Positions 10,621-21,389 of a stretch of DNA of 64,000 bases are shown here, one piece after another (the stretch's first letter is position 1; each line of letters begins with the position of its first letter). The translations under genes and the position numbers were made by a program. The notes under the pieces were generated by a model. The model saw only the letters and a list, made by a program, of their open reading frames with translations. It had not been told where the DNA came from and made no database searches. Origin of the DNA: Desulfosudaceae bacterium (lineage in GTDB: Bacteria > Desulfobacterota > Desulfobacteria > Desulfobacterales > Desulfosudaceae); contig CAXXDV010000001.1 of assembly GCA_963674745.2 (NCBI GenBank), positions 736,001 to 800,000 on the forward strand, written 5' to 3'.

Positions 10621-10738
10621 GGATATCTCCTTATATTATCGCCAATTCATTTTCCTCATTGACATGCAGCAATAAATTTGTTTTATTACTTTTTTTTAAT
10701 AATATCAAACTACAAAAAGGCCAATAAGGGAGTTTTTC

Positions 10739-11824
10739 ATGTCAAAGAGAATTTATAACTTCAATGCGGGCCCGGCGGCCCTGCCACTTGCCGTCCTGGA
10801 GGAAATCCAGGCTTCTTTCCTTGATTTTCAGGGAACCGGCATGTCGATTACCGAAATAAGCCATCGTTCAAAACCGTTTGACGATATTGTCAATGACGCC
10901 ATTGCCAGAACGAAAAAACTGCTGGGCGTTGATGATAACTATGAAGTCCTGTTCATCCAGGGCGGTGCCAGCATGCAGTTTGCGATGATCCCCATGAACC
11001 TTCTGCCCGACGACAAATCCGCCGACTATGTCAACACCGGCACCTGGTCTACCAAGGCCATCAAGGAAGTTGAAATTCTGGGCAAGAAGTGTCGTGTTCC
11101 GGCCTCGTCGGAGGACAAGAACTTCTCTTATATTCCTAAAAATATTGAATTTGACAAAAATGCCGCTTATATCCACCTGACATCCAACAACACCATCAAA
11201 GGCACCCAGTGGGCTGAATTTCCCGACACACTGGGTGTGCCCATCGTTTGTGACATGTCATCCGATATCATGAGCCGTCCCCTTGACATGAACAAATTCG
11301 GCCTGATTTACGCCGGTGCCCAGAAAAACATAGGCCCGGCCGGGGTCTGCATGGTGGTTATCCGAAAAGATATGCTGGACGCGGCCGCCGACAACCTGCC
11401 GTCCATGCTCAAGTACAAAACCTATGCCGATAAAAAATCGCTTTATAACACGCCGCCCTGCTTTACCATTTACACCATCCAGCTGGTTTTAAAATGGCTT
11501 GACGAAACCATTGGTGGACTTGAAAAAATGGATGCCATCAACCGTGAAAAAGCGGCGCTGTTGTATGATCTGTTTGATGCCGGTGATTTTTACCGGGGCA
11601 CTGCGGAAAAAGACAGCCGCTCTTTGATGAACGTCACCTTCCGTCTGCCGTCAGAAGACCTGGAGAAAAAATTCGTGGCCGACGCGGCGGCAAACGACCT
11701 TGGCGGACTCAAGGGCCATCGTTCCGTGGGCGGCTGCAGGGCCTCCATCTACAACGCCACATCAATCGACGCCATCAACGCCCTGATCAGCTTTATGAAG
11801 GACTTTGAACAGAAAAACGGTTAA
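10739..11824 (+). CDS. serC: Phosphoserine aminotransferase
   Basis: YNFNAGPAALP, DMSSD, GAQKNIGPAG, YNTPP, KGHRSVGGCRASIYNA. Confidence 0.97.
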   Translation: MSKRIYNFNAGPAALPLAVLEEIQASFLDFQGTGMSITEISHRSKPFDDIVNDAIARTKKLLGVDDNYEVLFIQGGASMQFAMIPMNLLPDDKSADYVNTGTWSTKAIKEVEILGKKCRVPASSEDKNFSYIPKNIEFDKNAAYIHLTSNNTIKGTQWAEFPDTLGVPIVCDMSSDIMSRPLDMNKFGLIYAGAQKNIGPAGVCMVVIRKDMLDAAADNLPSMLKYKTYADKKSLYNTPPCFTIYTIQLVLKWLDETIGGLEKMDAINREKAALLYDLFDAGDFYRGTAEKDSRSLMNVTFRLPSEDLEKKFVADAAANDLGGLKGHRSVGGCRASIYNATSIDAINALISFMKDFEQKNG

Positions 11825-11856
11825 TCCGGTCAACCCGACAAGCATGAGGCAACAGG

Positions 11857-12921
11857 ATGAACCTTAAAGCTGCGGTTCTAAAACAAGATCTGGCGCTGGA
11901 TATAGACGCTGTCAGCACCAGTATCGCGTCCACACAACGTGAAAACGGCGACATTCCCTGGTCCATCGGAGACAAGACCGATCCCTGGGACCTGGTGGAA
12001 GCCGCCATGGGACTTTCCATCGGCGGCCTTTTTGAACGGGCGGAAGCCGCTTTTCGCTGGTTGCAGGAAAAACAGCTTACCGATGGCAGCTTTCACGCCT
12101 CCTATCGGAACGATCAGCCGGATGACCGGACTTTTGACACCAACATGAGTTCATATATCGCGGTCGGCGTCTTTCACTATTACCTGATTACCAACAATGT
12201 CAGCTTTGTTGAATCCATGTGGCCGACGATCCGGGCGGGCATTGACTTTGCTTTGAGTCTTCAGACAAAACGCGGTGACGTGTACTGGGCCAAGAACCCG
12301 AAGGGAAAAGTCGACCCCATGGCCCTGCTGACCGGTTCCAGTTCCATTTACTTCAGCTTGAAATGCGGCCTGGCCATGGCGCATTTACTGAACAAGGACA
12401 TGCCGCACTGGCGATCATCCCTGACCCGCCTGGGTAACGCCATCAAAGAGCAGCCTCACCTTTTTAACGTGGCCAAGTCACGATTTTCCATGGACTGGTT
12501 TTACCCGGTCCTGTCGGGCGCCCTCACCGGCGTTCATGCGCAAAACCGCATTGACAAGCATTGGAAAAAATTTGTCGTCAAAGGGCTGGGGGTTAAATGC
12601 GTGGCTGACGAGCCCTGGGTCACCATCGCGGAATCCTGTGAACTTGTATTGGCCCTGGCCGCCATGGGTAATGAGGATACCGCCAAGGTGATATTTTCCT
12701 GGATTCAGGACAAATGTTTTGACGATGGTTCTTACTGGTGCGGGTTCACTTATCCGGATATGGTTGTCTGGCCGGAAGAAAAGATTACCTGGACCAACGG
12801 CGTGGTGCTTATGGCCACGGACGCATTGTACAACCTGACCCCGGCCAGTCGTATTTTCAATCATGACTTCTGGAAAACCGAGTATCCGTTTATTTTTGAA
12901 GCCAAGGCCAAAACTGAATAA
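11857..12921 (+). CDS. (alpha/alpha)6-type 'prenyltransferase-like' protein resembling mycobacterial MmpH glycoside hydrolase
   Basis: GDIPW..KTDPWDLVEAAMGL, YIAVGVFHY, ALLTGSSSI, RFSMDWFYPVL, PWVTIAESCEL, DGSYWCG, WPEEKITWT (family match from memory). Confidence 0.65.
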   Translation: MNLKAAVLKQDLALDIDAVSTSIASTQRENGDIPWSIGDKTDPWDLVEAAMGLSIGGLFERAEAAFRWLQEKQLTDGSFHASYRNDQPDDRTFDTNMSSYIAVGVFHYYLITNNVSFVESMWPTIRAGIDFALSLQTKRGDVYWAKNPKGKVDPMALLTGSSSIYFSLKCGLAMAHLLNKDMPHWRSSLTRLGNAIKEQPHLFNVAKSRFSMDWFYPVLSGALTGVHAQNRIDKHWKKFVVKGLGVKCVADEPWVTIAESCELVLALAAMGNEDTAKVIFSWIQDKCFDDGSYWCGFTYPDMVVWPEEKITWTNGVVLMATDALYNLTPASRIFNHDFWKTEYPFIFEAKAKTE

Positions 12922-12931
12922 ATAAAACCTT

Positions 12932-13651
12932 TTGCGAAGAGATTTACGCCCATATTATTTAAAAGACCTCTATGTAAAACTTCAGAATTTTTACGTAAAT
13001 CATTTTTTGCGCCCTCAGTTTGAGACACTTGGCACAAACTTCACCTTTATGCAGCCCTGGTGTGTTGAGGTGTTCGGCCCCCTTGTCCATCTGGGCAACC
13101 ATGTTACCGTCATGGCGGCAACCGACAACAAGGTCAGATTTTCCGTATGGTCGGATAAAGAGGATGCGGAAGGCATATTTGTCGGTGATGCCGTTCTTAT
13201 CAGCCCGGGTGTCCGCATCAGCGCCTCCAAAAAGATTACTATCGGGGAAGGCAGCATGCTGGCTGCCGGTGCCTACCTGACCGATTCAGACTGGCATGAC
13301 ATCTACAACCGGGTCAATTTCGGCGGCTCGGCGCCGATCACGCTGGGTAAGAATGTATGGGTCTGTGACTACGCCATGATCGGCAAAGGGGTTTCCATCG
13401 GAGACAATAGCGTTATTGCTGCCCGATCGGTCGTGATTGACGACGTGCCGGCAAACGTCATTGTCGCCGGCAACCCGGCCAGAGTGGTAAAAGAACTGGA
13501 CCCGGAAAAAGACATTTACAACCGTGCGGACTGGTTCCGGGACCGCAAGGATTTATACACCGGTTTTGCCGCCATGGACCGGCAGATGATGCAGGGCAAT
13601 ACGTTGTGGGGGTGGATACGCCACCGTCTCGCCCCCCGCCGCGGCGAATAG
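12932..13651 (+). CDS. Hexapeptide-repeat (LbH) acyltransferase
   Basis: LTDSDWHD, IGKGVSIGDNSVIAARSVV..DVP..VAGNPARVV. Confidence 0.88.
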   Translation: MRRDLRPYYLKDLYVKLQNFYVNHFLRPQFETLGTNFTFMQPWCVEVFGPLVHLGNHVTVMAATDNKVRFSVWSDKEDAEGIFVGDAVLISPGVRISASKKITIGEGSMLAAGAYLTDSDWHDIYNRVNFGGSAPITLGKNVWVCDYAMIGKGVSIGDNSVIAARSVVIDDVPANVIVAGNPARVVKELDPEKDIYNRADWFRDRKDLYTGFAAMDRQMMQGNTLWGWIRHRLAPRRGE

Positions 13652-13666
13652 CAGGGCTTTCAGATT

Positions 13667-13727
13667 TGTAGGGGCAGGCCCCTGTGCCTGCCCTGATCAA
13701 GGGCAACCACAGGGGGTTGCCCCTACA
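13667..13727. repeat. REP doublet, GTAG family (family A)
   Basis: TGTAGGGGCAGGCCCCTGTGCCTGCCCT-5nt-AGGGCAACCACAGGGGGTTGCCCCTACA; single related copy at 39547-39571. Confidence 0.8.
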
Positions 13728-13958
13728 GGGATATGACCAACCGAAGGTGTTTCCCGTACCGTCGCCTCCTCCTTGCCGCCTTGAAATCATCTTTAATCTG
13801 AAATCCCTGCCCCAATAAAGTCCTCGTGTGGGCTTGACAAAATGGATTAACGACTTCACATCGCCACGGCAAATGTCCTCGAGGGGTGGCCCCGGCAACT
13901 TGTTGCCGGGGTGCGAAGCACAAGAGAATTATAATTGGCCTACTTAAATGATATGACC

Positions 13959-14484
13959 TCAAAATTTAATATATTTGCGCCATTTGTAGATTCCAGCGGA
14001 TCTCCACTGTCCAAGGGATATAAAATTTTGCTCACTTTCATCCGACATCCTCGATAATAGCATATAAGCTGTTTCTTCCTCATCAGCCCCCATTCCCAAA
14101 AACCAGATTTTAAATCTGAACAAATTCCCTTTTATATCAAACATTCTTATTTCTATTTCATTATGGTGATAATACCGCCCACCAGAAAAAGGCTGTAAAT
14201 CACGCATTGCATCTTTAAAAAGAACTTTACTCTTGTGCGAATTTATAAGCTCATTCAAAAAAAATCCCCCCCCCACTACCAACTTCTATTCGATTAATCT
14301 CTGCAACAGATATATTTGATAACCGTTCCAAAAGTTCAGATTTTTGATGGCCTCGTACAAGCTCTTTAATGAAAGGAGTTGATATGTGTATAAAAATTAT
14401 TATTAAAACAATAAAGTATATATACTTCCAAAATTTCTTTTGGGTTTTTTGTTCTGGCATATGACTCAAAGTCTGATCCATCAT
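13959..14484 (-). pseudogene. AT-rich membrane-anchored hypothetical gene split by a frameshift at a G9-A-T8 tract
   Basis: ORFs 14251-14484 and 13959-14282 overlap across the homopolymers at 14257-14274; a 1-nt deletion fuses them. Confidence 0.6.
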
Positions 14485-14534
14485 TAATTAATGCCACGGA
14501 CGAGCTTCTGCTTTCACGTGGCACCCATTAAAGA

Positions 14535-14726
14535 TTATTTTTCCGAATTATTCTCACCATCTCGAGATGCCAGGGCAAAAACTAACATCATCAACATACC
14601 GACAAAGCCTGCCCAGAGCACCCACTTTTGATCATTCAATAAACCAAAACCAACCATTCCTTGAAAAAGGCAAAAAAGTATTATGTAGATCAATAGCTTT
14701 AAGGTCAACGCCCCCTCCCCACTCAT
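14535..14726 (-). CDS. Small AT-rich two-TM hypothetical protein
   Basis: 63-aa ORF with two hydrophobic segments. Confidence 0.4.
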   Translation of the reverse strand: MSGEGALTLKLLIYIILFCLFQGMVGFGLLNDQKWVLWAGFVGMLMMLVFALASRDGENNSEK

Positions 14727-14805
14727 ACACCCGAATTATCATAACCTGGTGGATTTGTAAAAAGAACCTGCCTGAACGACGATACAAATCGGTTGGTTTG
14801 ATTTG

Positions 14806-14998
14806 ATCCCGGAGGGATCGGGTCGTATAGCCGGTGGTTTCAACCACCGGTGAGAATGGATATGATATTCTGAGTCCTGAAGGGACGACGTTAATCCCCG
14901 GGCAATATTTACAACGCCCCTTCAGGGCTTGGATAATAATGAAGGCCCTTGCCCCGGTGGTTGAAACCACCGGCTATACGACGTTTCCCTTTCAGGGC
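14806..14998. repeat. REPIN/MITE-like composite palindrome (family B)
   Basis: 29-bp perfect inverted repeat GTCGTATAGCCGGTGGTTTCAACCACCGG at 14822-14850 and 14954-14982, plus CCC(T/G)GAAGGG mini-hairpins. Confidence 0.85.
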
Positions 14999-15029
14999 TT
15001 TTCTAATGATGCCCCGGCTCTGGGTTAGG

Positions 15030-15312
15030 GTAACAAGAAAAAGCCGCCCTTTTACACCCCGGCCCCGCCCGTTGCAGCGCAGCCGAGTGAAAACGGTTTT
15101 TTCGGAAGAAGCGGACAGGCTGTTTGAGCGGCGGCCTGCCGGTGCAGAACAAAAAAAGAGGCAATATGACAGTATCTGAAATAGGATGTCAAAAGTGATG
15201 CTGAAGCGAGTTCCTGTACGCGCCGAAAAAATCGTTTGCACGAGGGAAGCCGAAGGCCAAGCTGCCGGGCGATGTTTCTTTTGGTTCTTTTCTTTGCGCC
15301 AAAGAAAAGAAC
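15030..15312. repeat. Long fold-back MITE-like element (family C)
   Basis: Nested inverted segments (AAACGGTTTTTTCGG / CCGAAAAAATCGTTT), ending in hairpin GTTCTTTTCTTTG-CGC-CAAAGAAAAGAAC, which recurs at 34885-34907. Confidence 0.65.
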
Positions 15313-15364
15313 GCAATAACCTCAAAGAACAGAAGAATAAAAAACAAGAAACATAAAATAAATA

Positions 15365-15395
15365 AAAAAGGCGCCGGGAAAATCCCGACGCCTTT
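15365..15395 (-). terminator. Rho-independent terminator of the dsr operon
   Basis: AAAGGCGTCGGGA-TTT-TCCCGGCGCCTTTTTT on the minus strand, ~20 nt after the dsrP stop. Confidence 0.75.
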
Positions 15396-15416
15396 GAAAT
15401 AATTGTTTTATGCTTT

Positions 15417-16589
<1,173 letters not shown>

Positions 16590-16601
16590 CTCATATGTAT
16601 A

Positions 16602-17468
16602 CTAAATAATGTAATAAACAGACGGTTCAGTACCCAGTCCCGGCTGCCGCCGAATGGCATAATTTTCGCGCAGCGCTTTTCTGACATTGGAATCCGGATC
16701 ATCCAGGTCACCGAACAGGATAGCGCCGTTGGATGCTTCCACACAGGCCGGCATCTTGCCCTTGGCCAGACGCTCCGCGCAGAAGTTGCATTTTTCCACA
16801 ACACCTTTCATGCGGGTCGGGAATTCCACATTGATTTCATCCAGTCCTTCACGGGGATCGCGGAAGTTAAAACTTCTGGAACCGTAAGGGCAGGCCGCCA
16901 TGCAGAACCGGCATCCGATACAGCGGTGAAAGTCCATCAGCACGATCCCGTCTTCCCGCTGGAACGTGGCCTTGGTCGGGCAGGCCTGGACACAGGGCGG
17001 GTTGGCGCAATGATTGCACAGGGTCAAAAAAGGAAGATGGGCCAGTCGTTCGGCCAGATAGGGGTTCTCCTTGGCCAGGAACACATTTTCATACTCTTCT
17101 TCCCAGATCCACTTGATCTCATGCCGTTTCTTATCGGAAGAAAAGATCTTGGGCACCGCCTTGTCGAGTATTTCAAAAGGGAGTTTCGGTGTCTTGAGAT
17201 CTTCTTCGAATTCAGGCACGTTATGGATTCGATGACAGGCTTCAATGATCGGCTCCAGGTCTGAAGCGCTCTTAAATTGCCTGGTATCAATGACCATGCC
17301 CCAGTGTTCGGCGGTCAAAGCTTCGGGATTCTTAACCGTTCTCGCACTCCCGCCGGATGCTTCATGACCTGCTGACGACGCCAGTGACGTTACGACGGGC
17401 ACGGTGGCAAGACCGGCGGTGGTGATGCCGGCCAGTTTGAGAAATTTTCTCCGGCTGTTATCCATCAA
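16602..17468 (-). CDS. dsrO: DsrO, Tat-exported 4Fe-4S protein
   Basis: SRRKFLK Tat motif, CNHCANPPCVQACP, CIGCRFCMAACP, KCNFC. Confidence 0.95.
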   Translation of the reverse strand: MMDNSRRKFLKLAGITTAGLATVPVVTSLASSAGHEASGGSARTVKNPEALTAEHWGMVIDTRQFKSASDLEPIIEACHRIHNVPEFEEDLKTPKLPFEILDKAVPKIFSSDKKRHEIKWIWEEEYENVFLAKENPYLAERLAHLPFLTLCNHCANPPCVQACPTKATFQREDGIVLMDFHRCIGCRFCMAACPYGSRSFNFRDPREGLDEINVEFPTRMKGVVEKCNFCAERLAKGKMPACVEASNGAILFGDLDDPDSNVRKALRENYAIRRQPGLGTEPSVYYII

Positions 17469-17853
17469 TATTCTCCTTCGTGTTATGACAGTCCCAGCAA
17501 TAGGGCCTTACGGACGTATAATTATGACAGGCATCACAGAATTCGGACTTATTGGAATGACAATCAAGACAGGTGTTGGTCAGACTCATGTCATATTCCT
17601 CACCCTTGTTGTTGATATAAGTCCTCTTGGCATTCCGTACGACATCTTCCCGCCATTCGTCAAGAAGCTGCATATGCTCTTTTTTCATAAAATCTTTTGA
17701 CTCTACGCAGTGTTTCGCCTCTTTGGCTTTATCGCTCAGCTTCGGCTCGGGTGCTTTGTCGGAACTTCCGGCAAACAGATTCCACCAGAGCGGCGTCAAC
17801 GCGATTATGAGGACAACGACCAACCCGGTTATAATCAGCCCTTTATTCTTCAT
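17458..17853 (-). CDS. dsrJ: DsrJ triheme cytochrome c
   Basis: Three CxxCH (CLDCH, CDACH, CWDCH), HMQLLDEWR. Confidence 0.95.
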   Translation of the reverse strand: MKNKGLIITGLVVVLIIALTPLWWNLFAGSSDKAPEPKLSDKAKEAKHCVESKDFMKKEHMQLLDEWREDVVRNAKRTYINNKGEEYDMSLTNTCLDCHSNKSEFCDACHNYTSVRPYCWDCHNTKENIDG

Positions 17854-19495
17854 CTACTTCCTCCTCTGCTCCCAGGGGTTCGCCGCGCAGGTTCATTTCT
17901 CTTGGCCCTTCTTCTCCCGGAAAGACAAGGGCATTGGCAACCAGCTCATGCAAGCCGATCACGTCCACCTCCGGAACCCAGTATTCCATCAGCGCGGGGA
18001 ATACCGCCCGATCAATCGCACAGATGCAGCCCAGCATATTTACGCCATGTTTTTCATGTACATATTTGACCGCGTTGGCTCTGGGCAGGCCGCCGGACAT
18101 GCGCAGTTCCATATCTTCACCGGCGTTGAGTCCGGCACCACTGCCGCAGCAGAAAGTCTGTTCCCGAATGGTGTTCGGCGGCATCTCGTAAAAATGGTTA
18201 CAAACATTATTGATGACATATCTTGGTTCATCCAGCAGCCCCATCCCCCGGGCCGGGTTGCAGGAATCATGGAAGGTCAGCTTGACGTAATCATTCCTTG
18301 AAGGATCAAGCTTTAACTTGTCATGCTTGATCAGATCGGCGGTAAATTCCGCGATATGAACCATTTTAGTGGCATTGGCATTCTCAAAATGGGTGCCTGT
18401 AATGGGTGACACCGGTTCTTCCAGAAAGTCGGCCGGTCCGTTCATGGTCGCCATGTACTGATGAATGACCCGCCACATGTGACCGCACTCACCGCCCAGA
18501 ATCCATTTAACACCCAGCCGTTTGGCTTCGGCATACATCTTGGCATTCAACCGTTTCATGGTTTCATGGGAGGTAAAAAATCCGAAATTGCCGCCCTCAG
18601 AAGCGTAGGTGCTCCAGGTCACATCAAGACCGTAGACCTTCTTCAGATAATCAAACAGCATCATGTAGCCCATGCAGGTATAGGTTCCCGGATCGGCGAA
18701 CACATCACCCGATGGGGTAATAAAAAGGATGTCGGCCCCTTTTTTGTTCAACTGCGGCGGATCGATTTTTATGCCCGTGAACTCTTCAATATCCTCGACA
18801 AAAAAGTCCAGCATATCTTTGAAGGCATGGGGCTGAATACCGAGATGGTTGCCTGTCCGGTAGCAGTTGGCTACCGGGGTAGCGATCCAGTCAATATTAA
18901 GACCGATCAGGTTCAGCAGTTCCCGGCCCATAATGGTAATTTCAGCGGTATCAATCCCGTACGGGCAGAATACCGAACAGCGGCGGCATTCCGTGCATTG
19001 AAAAAAGTAGTACCACCACTCCTTGAGCACATCCAGGGTCAGTTCCCGCGCGCCGGAGATATGCTTGCCGAACAGTTTATGCATAACCTTGCCGGCCATG
19101 GTAAAATCGTTGCGATAAACCGACCGTAACAGCTCGGCTCTTAATACCGGCATGTTTTTGGGATCGCCGGTTCCAAGAAAAAAGTGGCATTTATCGGCGC
19201 AGGCCCCGCAGCGCACGCAAATATCCATGAAGACCTTGAAGGTCCGGAACCGTTCCAGCCGCTCTTTAAAGCCTTCATGAAGAATCTGCTGCCAGTTTTC
19301 AGGAAGCTTCCAGTCATCCTCCAACGGATTCCAGCTTCTGGGGTACGGCAGCCCTACATATTCAACGCTTTTCGGATTTGACGCGTAGCAGTACATGCCT
19401 TCCTTGATGACAACCGGCGTATCCATCCACCCCGTCCGGGGCGTTCGGTGATCCGTCCTTGCCAGCAGTTCATCCGGTTTAATATCATTTCCCAT
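17843..19495 (-). CDS. dsrK: DsrK (HdrD-like Fe-S subunit)
   Basis: CVRCGACADKC, CTECRRCSVFCP, GECGH, FHDSCN, CCG domain. Confidence 0.97.
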   Translation of the reverse strand: MGNDIKPDELLARTDHRTPRTGWMDTPVVIKEGMYCYASNPKSVEYVGLPYPRSWNPLEDDWKLPENWQQILHEGFKERLERFRTFKVFMDICVRCGACADKCHFFLGTGDPKNMPVLRAELLRSVYRNDFTMAGKVMHKLFGKHISGARELTLDVLKEWWYYFFQCTECRRCSVFCPYGIDTAEITIMGRELLNLIGLNIDWIATPVANCYRTGNHLGIQPHAFKDMLDFFVEDIEEFTGIKIDPPQLNKKGADILFITPSGDVFADPGTYTCMGYMMLFDYLKKVYGLDVTWSTYASEGGNFGFFTSHETMKRLNAKMYAEAKRLGVKWILGGECGHMWRVIHQYMATMNGPADFLEEPVSPITGTHFENANATKMVHIAEFTADLIKHDKLKLDPSRNDYVKLTFHDSCNPARGMGLLDEPRYVINNVCNHFYEMPPNTIREQTFCCGSGAGLNAGEDMELRMSGGLPRANAVKYVHEKHGVNMLGCICAIDRAVFPALMEYWVPEVDVIGLHELVANALVFPGEEGPREMNLRGEPLGAEEEVDEE

Positions 19496-19498
19496 CGA

Positions 19499-20533
19499 TT
19501 ACTCCTTTTCCAGTGGTAGACCAACATCTTTCATCTTTTCCCTGAACTCATCCTCATACTCATCATAGGTATGGGTATGCACGTCGTAGTTCCAGGGATT
19601 AATATGTCTTATCGCGCGGGTGGTATTGGCCATATTGCGCGTCGGTGACAGGAATATGCCGCCAGCGTGCATCAGTTTGCTGTAAGGGAAATAGGCCACC
19701 AGCGTGCTGACCAGGATTAGATGGACATAAAAAAGCGCGCCCACGCCTTCCGGTGTGTTGGGGCTCAATGTTACCAGGCCCATGGCAAAGGCTTTAATGG
19801 ACAGAATATCCACTTTGGCAAAATACCGCATCAGGATACCCGTAGCAGCAATACCGATAATCAGAAACAGCGGAAAATAATCCGAAGCAAGCGATACATA
19901 TTTTACCTGCCCCAGAAAGACTCTTCTGCCCAGAAGCACCAGCAGAGCAGCCAGCAGCACCAGACCGGACATATACACCCCGGGCAGGCCGATGACAAAA
20001 TACGGCGAGAAGAATTCCAAACGGAAGAATGAATCGGCATTCTCCAGAAGCTGGATAACCCAGGGAACCGGTTCAAAGAAAAACCGCATATGCCGCAAAA
20101 GCACCACGGCAAACGCGTAATGAAACGCCAGCGCCGTTACCCAGAGAACGATCTCCCACCGATAGGAGAGCCGGTAATCATCTTTGAACTTGGCCTTGGT
20201 GTTCCGAAACAGTGAACGAAACAAAAAGACCTCAAAGAACATACGGATCAAAACACCGAGGGTCGTGTTCGGATTATCAATCTTATTCTGCTTGATCCAG
20301 GGAAGGCTTTTCTGCTGACCGCAGGTGGTGGGGATGCGGAAAGGGACGGCGGAGTTTGCCCAGCTCAGCACTTTTCGGACTACCCCGACAACAAACAGCA
20401 GGATCGCCAGATATGGAATGATTACGCCGAAAAAGGCTGTCATCCCCAGGGCATCAACCCCTATCCAGGTCAGCAGGATGAGAATCACAACTGTCGCAAA
20501 AGAAAACAGATAACTTACATTCATCAACTGCAC
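19499..20533 (-). CDS. dsrM: DsrM (NarI-like cytochrome b)
   Basis: VPFRIPTTCGQQKSLPW, LFRSLFRNT, YFPYSKLMH, SPTRN. Confidence 0.96.
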   Translation of the reverse strand: MQLMNVSYLFSFATVVILILLTWIGVDALGMTAFFGVIIPYLAILLFVVGVVRKVLSWANSAVPFRIPTTCGQQKSLPWIKQNKIDNPNTTLGVLIRMFFEVFLFRSLFRNTKAKFKDDYRLSYRWEIVLWVTALAFHYAFAVVLLRHMRFFFEPVPWVIQLLENADSFFRLEFFSPYFVIGLPGVYMSGLVLLAALLVLLGRRVFLGQVKYVSLASDYFPLFLIIGIAATGILMRYFAKVDILSIKAFAMGLVTLSPNTPEGVGALFYVHLILVSTLVAYFPYSKLMHAGGIFLSPTRNMANTTRAIRHINPWNYDVHTHTYDEYEDEFREKMKDVGLPLEKE

Positions 20534-20591
20534 CTCTCTATAAAAATTTCATCAACTCATTACGGCCGCAGCCGGTAACTTTTTCAATAGG

Positions 20592-21104
20592 TCAGGCATC
20601 CGTTTCCGGGCCGACCATCAGCCCCGCTCTTTCAAACGCCTTGAACGTCCTGTTCCTGACCTCATAGGCCTGGATTTTAAAAATCTTTTCGCGGCACTCC
20701 ACGTACTTATTAAAACCGATCAAGGCCAGCTCATCAATTTTCTGATCAACCTGCCTGATTTTCTCGGCATTATCCGCCTTTTTACCGACGACATCCCTGA
20801 TAATTTGTTTTAAAAGGAAAATAAACGAAACGGCCTGGGCAGGCGTAAAATCCTGCACCGCCCGTACCCGAATGGCGGGATCCAGGCTTTCCGCCAGATC
20901 ATCATTAGATGCCTGGCCGGCCAGCCCTTCAACAACTTTGGTCAGACTTTCCGAAAGCATACCGGACACGGGATTGGCGAAACGATTTTTTTCCTTTAAA
21001 AAAAAGGATGCCGCTTCTGCCTGATAGGACTTCAGCGCGGCCTCGAGCCATTTTTTGGCAATTGCCTCTTCATGCCCGGATATCAGTGTTTCAATTTGTG
21101 TCAT
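20592..21104 (-). CDS. dsrT: DsrT (RsbRD N-terminal domain protein)
   Basis: NRFANPV, IRVRAVQDFTPAQAVSF, KYVECREKIF; directly upstream of dsrM. Confidence 0.85.
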   Translation of the reverse strand: MTQIETLISGHEEAIAKKWLEAALKSYQAEAASFFLKEKNRFANPVSGMLSESLTKVVEGLAGQASNDDLAESLDPAIRVRAVQDFTPAQAVSFIFLLKQIIRDVVGKKADNAEKIRQVDQKIDELALIGFNKYVECREKIFKIQAYEVRNRTFKAFERAGLMVGPETDA

Positions 21105-21227
21105 GACTGTTTTTACAACCTGGCCGAATCTCAGCGGCTTTCGAAATTCACCGCTCGACCCGCCCGTTTTAAGGACAATGTTGGAACCGAAAAAAGACGG
21201 CACTCATCCTTTATGAATAAAAAGTTT

Positions 21228-21256
21228 TATATAACCAAGCATCTTGGCCCTGTCAA
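21228..21256 (-). promoter_or_regulatory. Sigma70-like promoter of dsrTMKJOP
   Basis: TTGACA-17 nt-TATATA on the minus strand. Confidence 0.55.
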
Positions 21257-21389
21257 GTAAAAAGGAAGCCTTTGCATCCTTATCATTTTTCAAATTATTG
21301 CAGGCTGGTTAAGAAGCCACCGGGATCGTCCGAATTATTGGCTTGACATGAAGTGTCGGAAGGTGATATCCATTTTTTATTTTTCAGAC

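Noticed and set aside
14632..15325. ORFs 14632-14970, 14834-15028, 14909-15325 and 14949-15179
   Set aside because: They are translations of palindromic repeat DNA
13652..15400. CRISPR array or integron cassette array
   Set aside because: Repeats are inverted and heterogeneous, not regularly spaced direct repeats; no RYYYAAC/GTTRRRY attC ends, cas genes or intI
21105..21203. Extended N-terminus of dsrT in the ORF track; likewise the extensions of metG, mutM, arnC, HK1 and phosphoesterase #2
   Set aside because: Downstream ATGs fit family N-termini, RBS or translational coupling better
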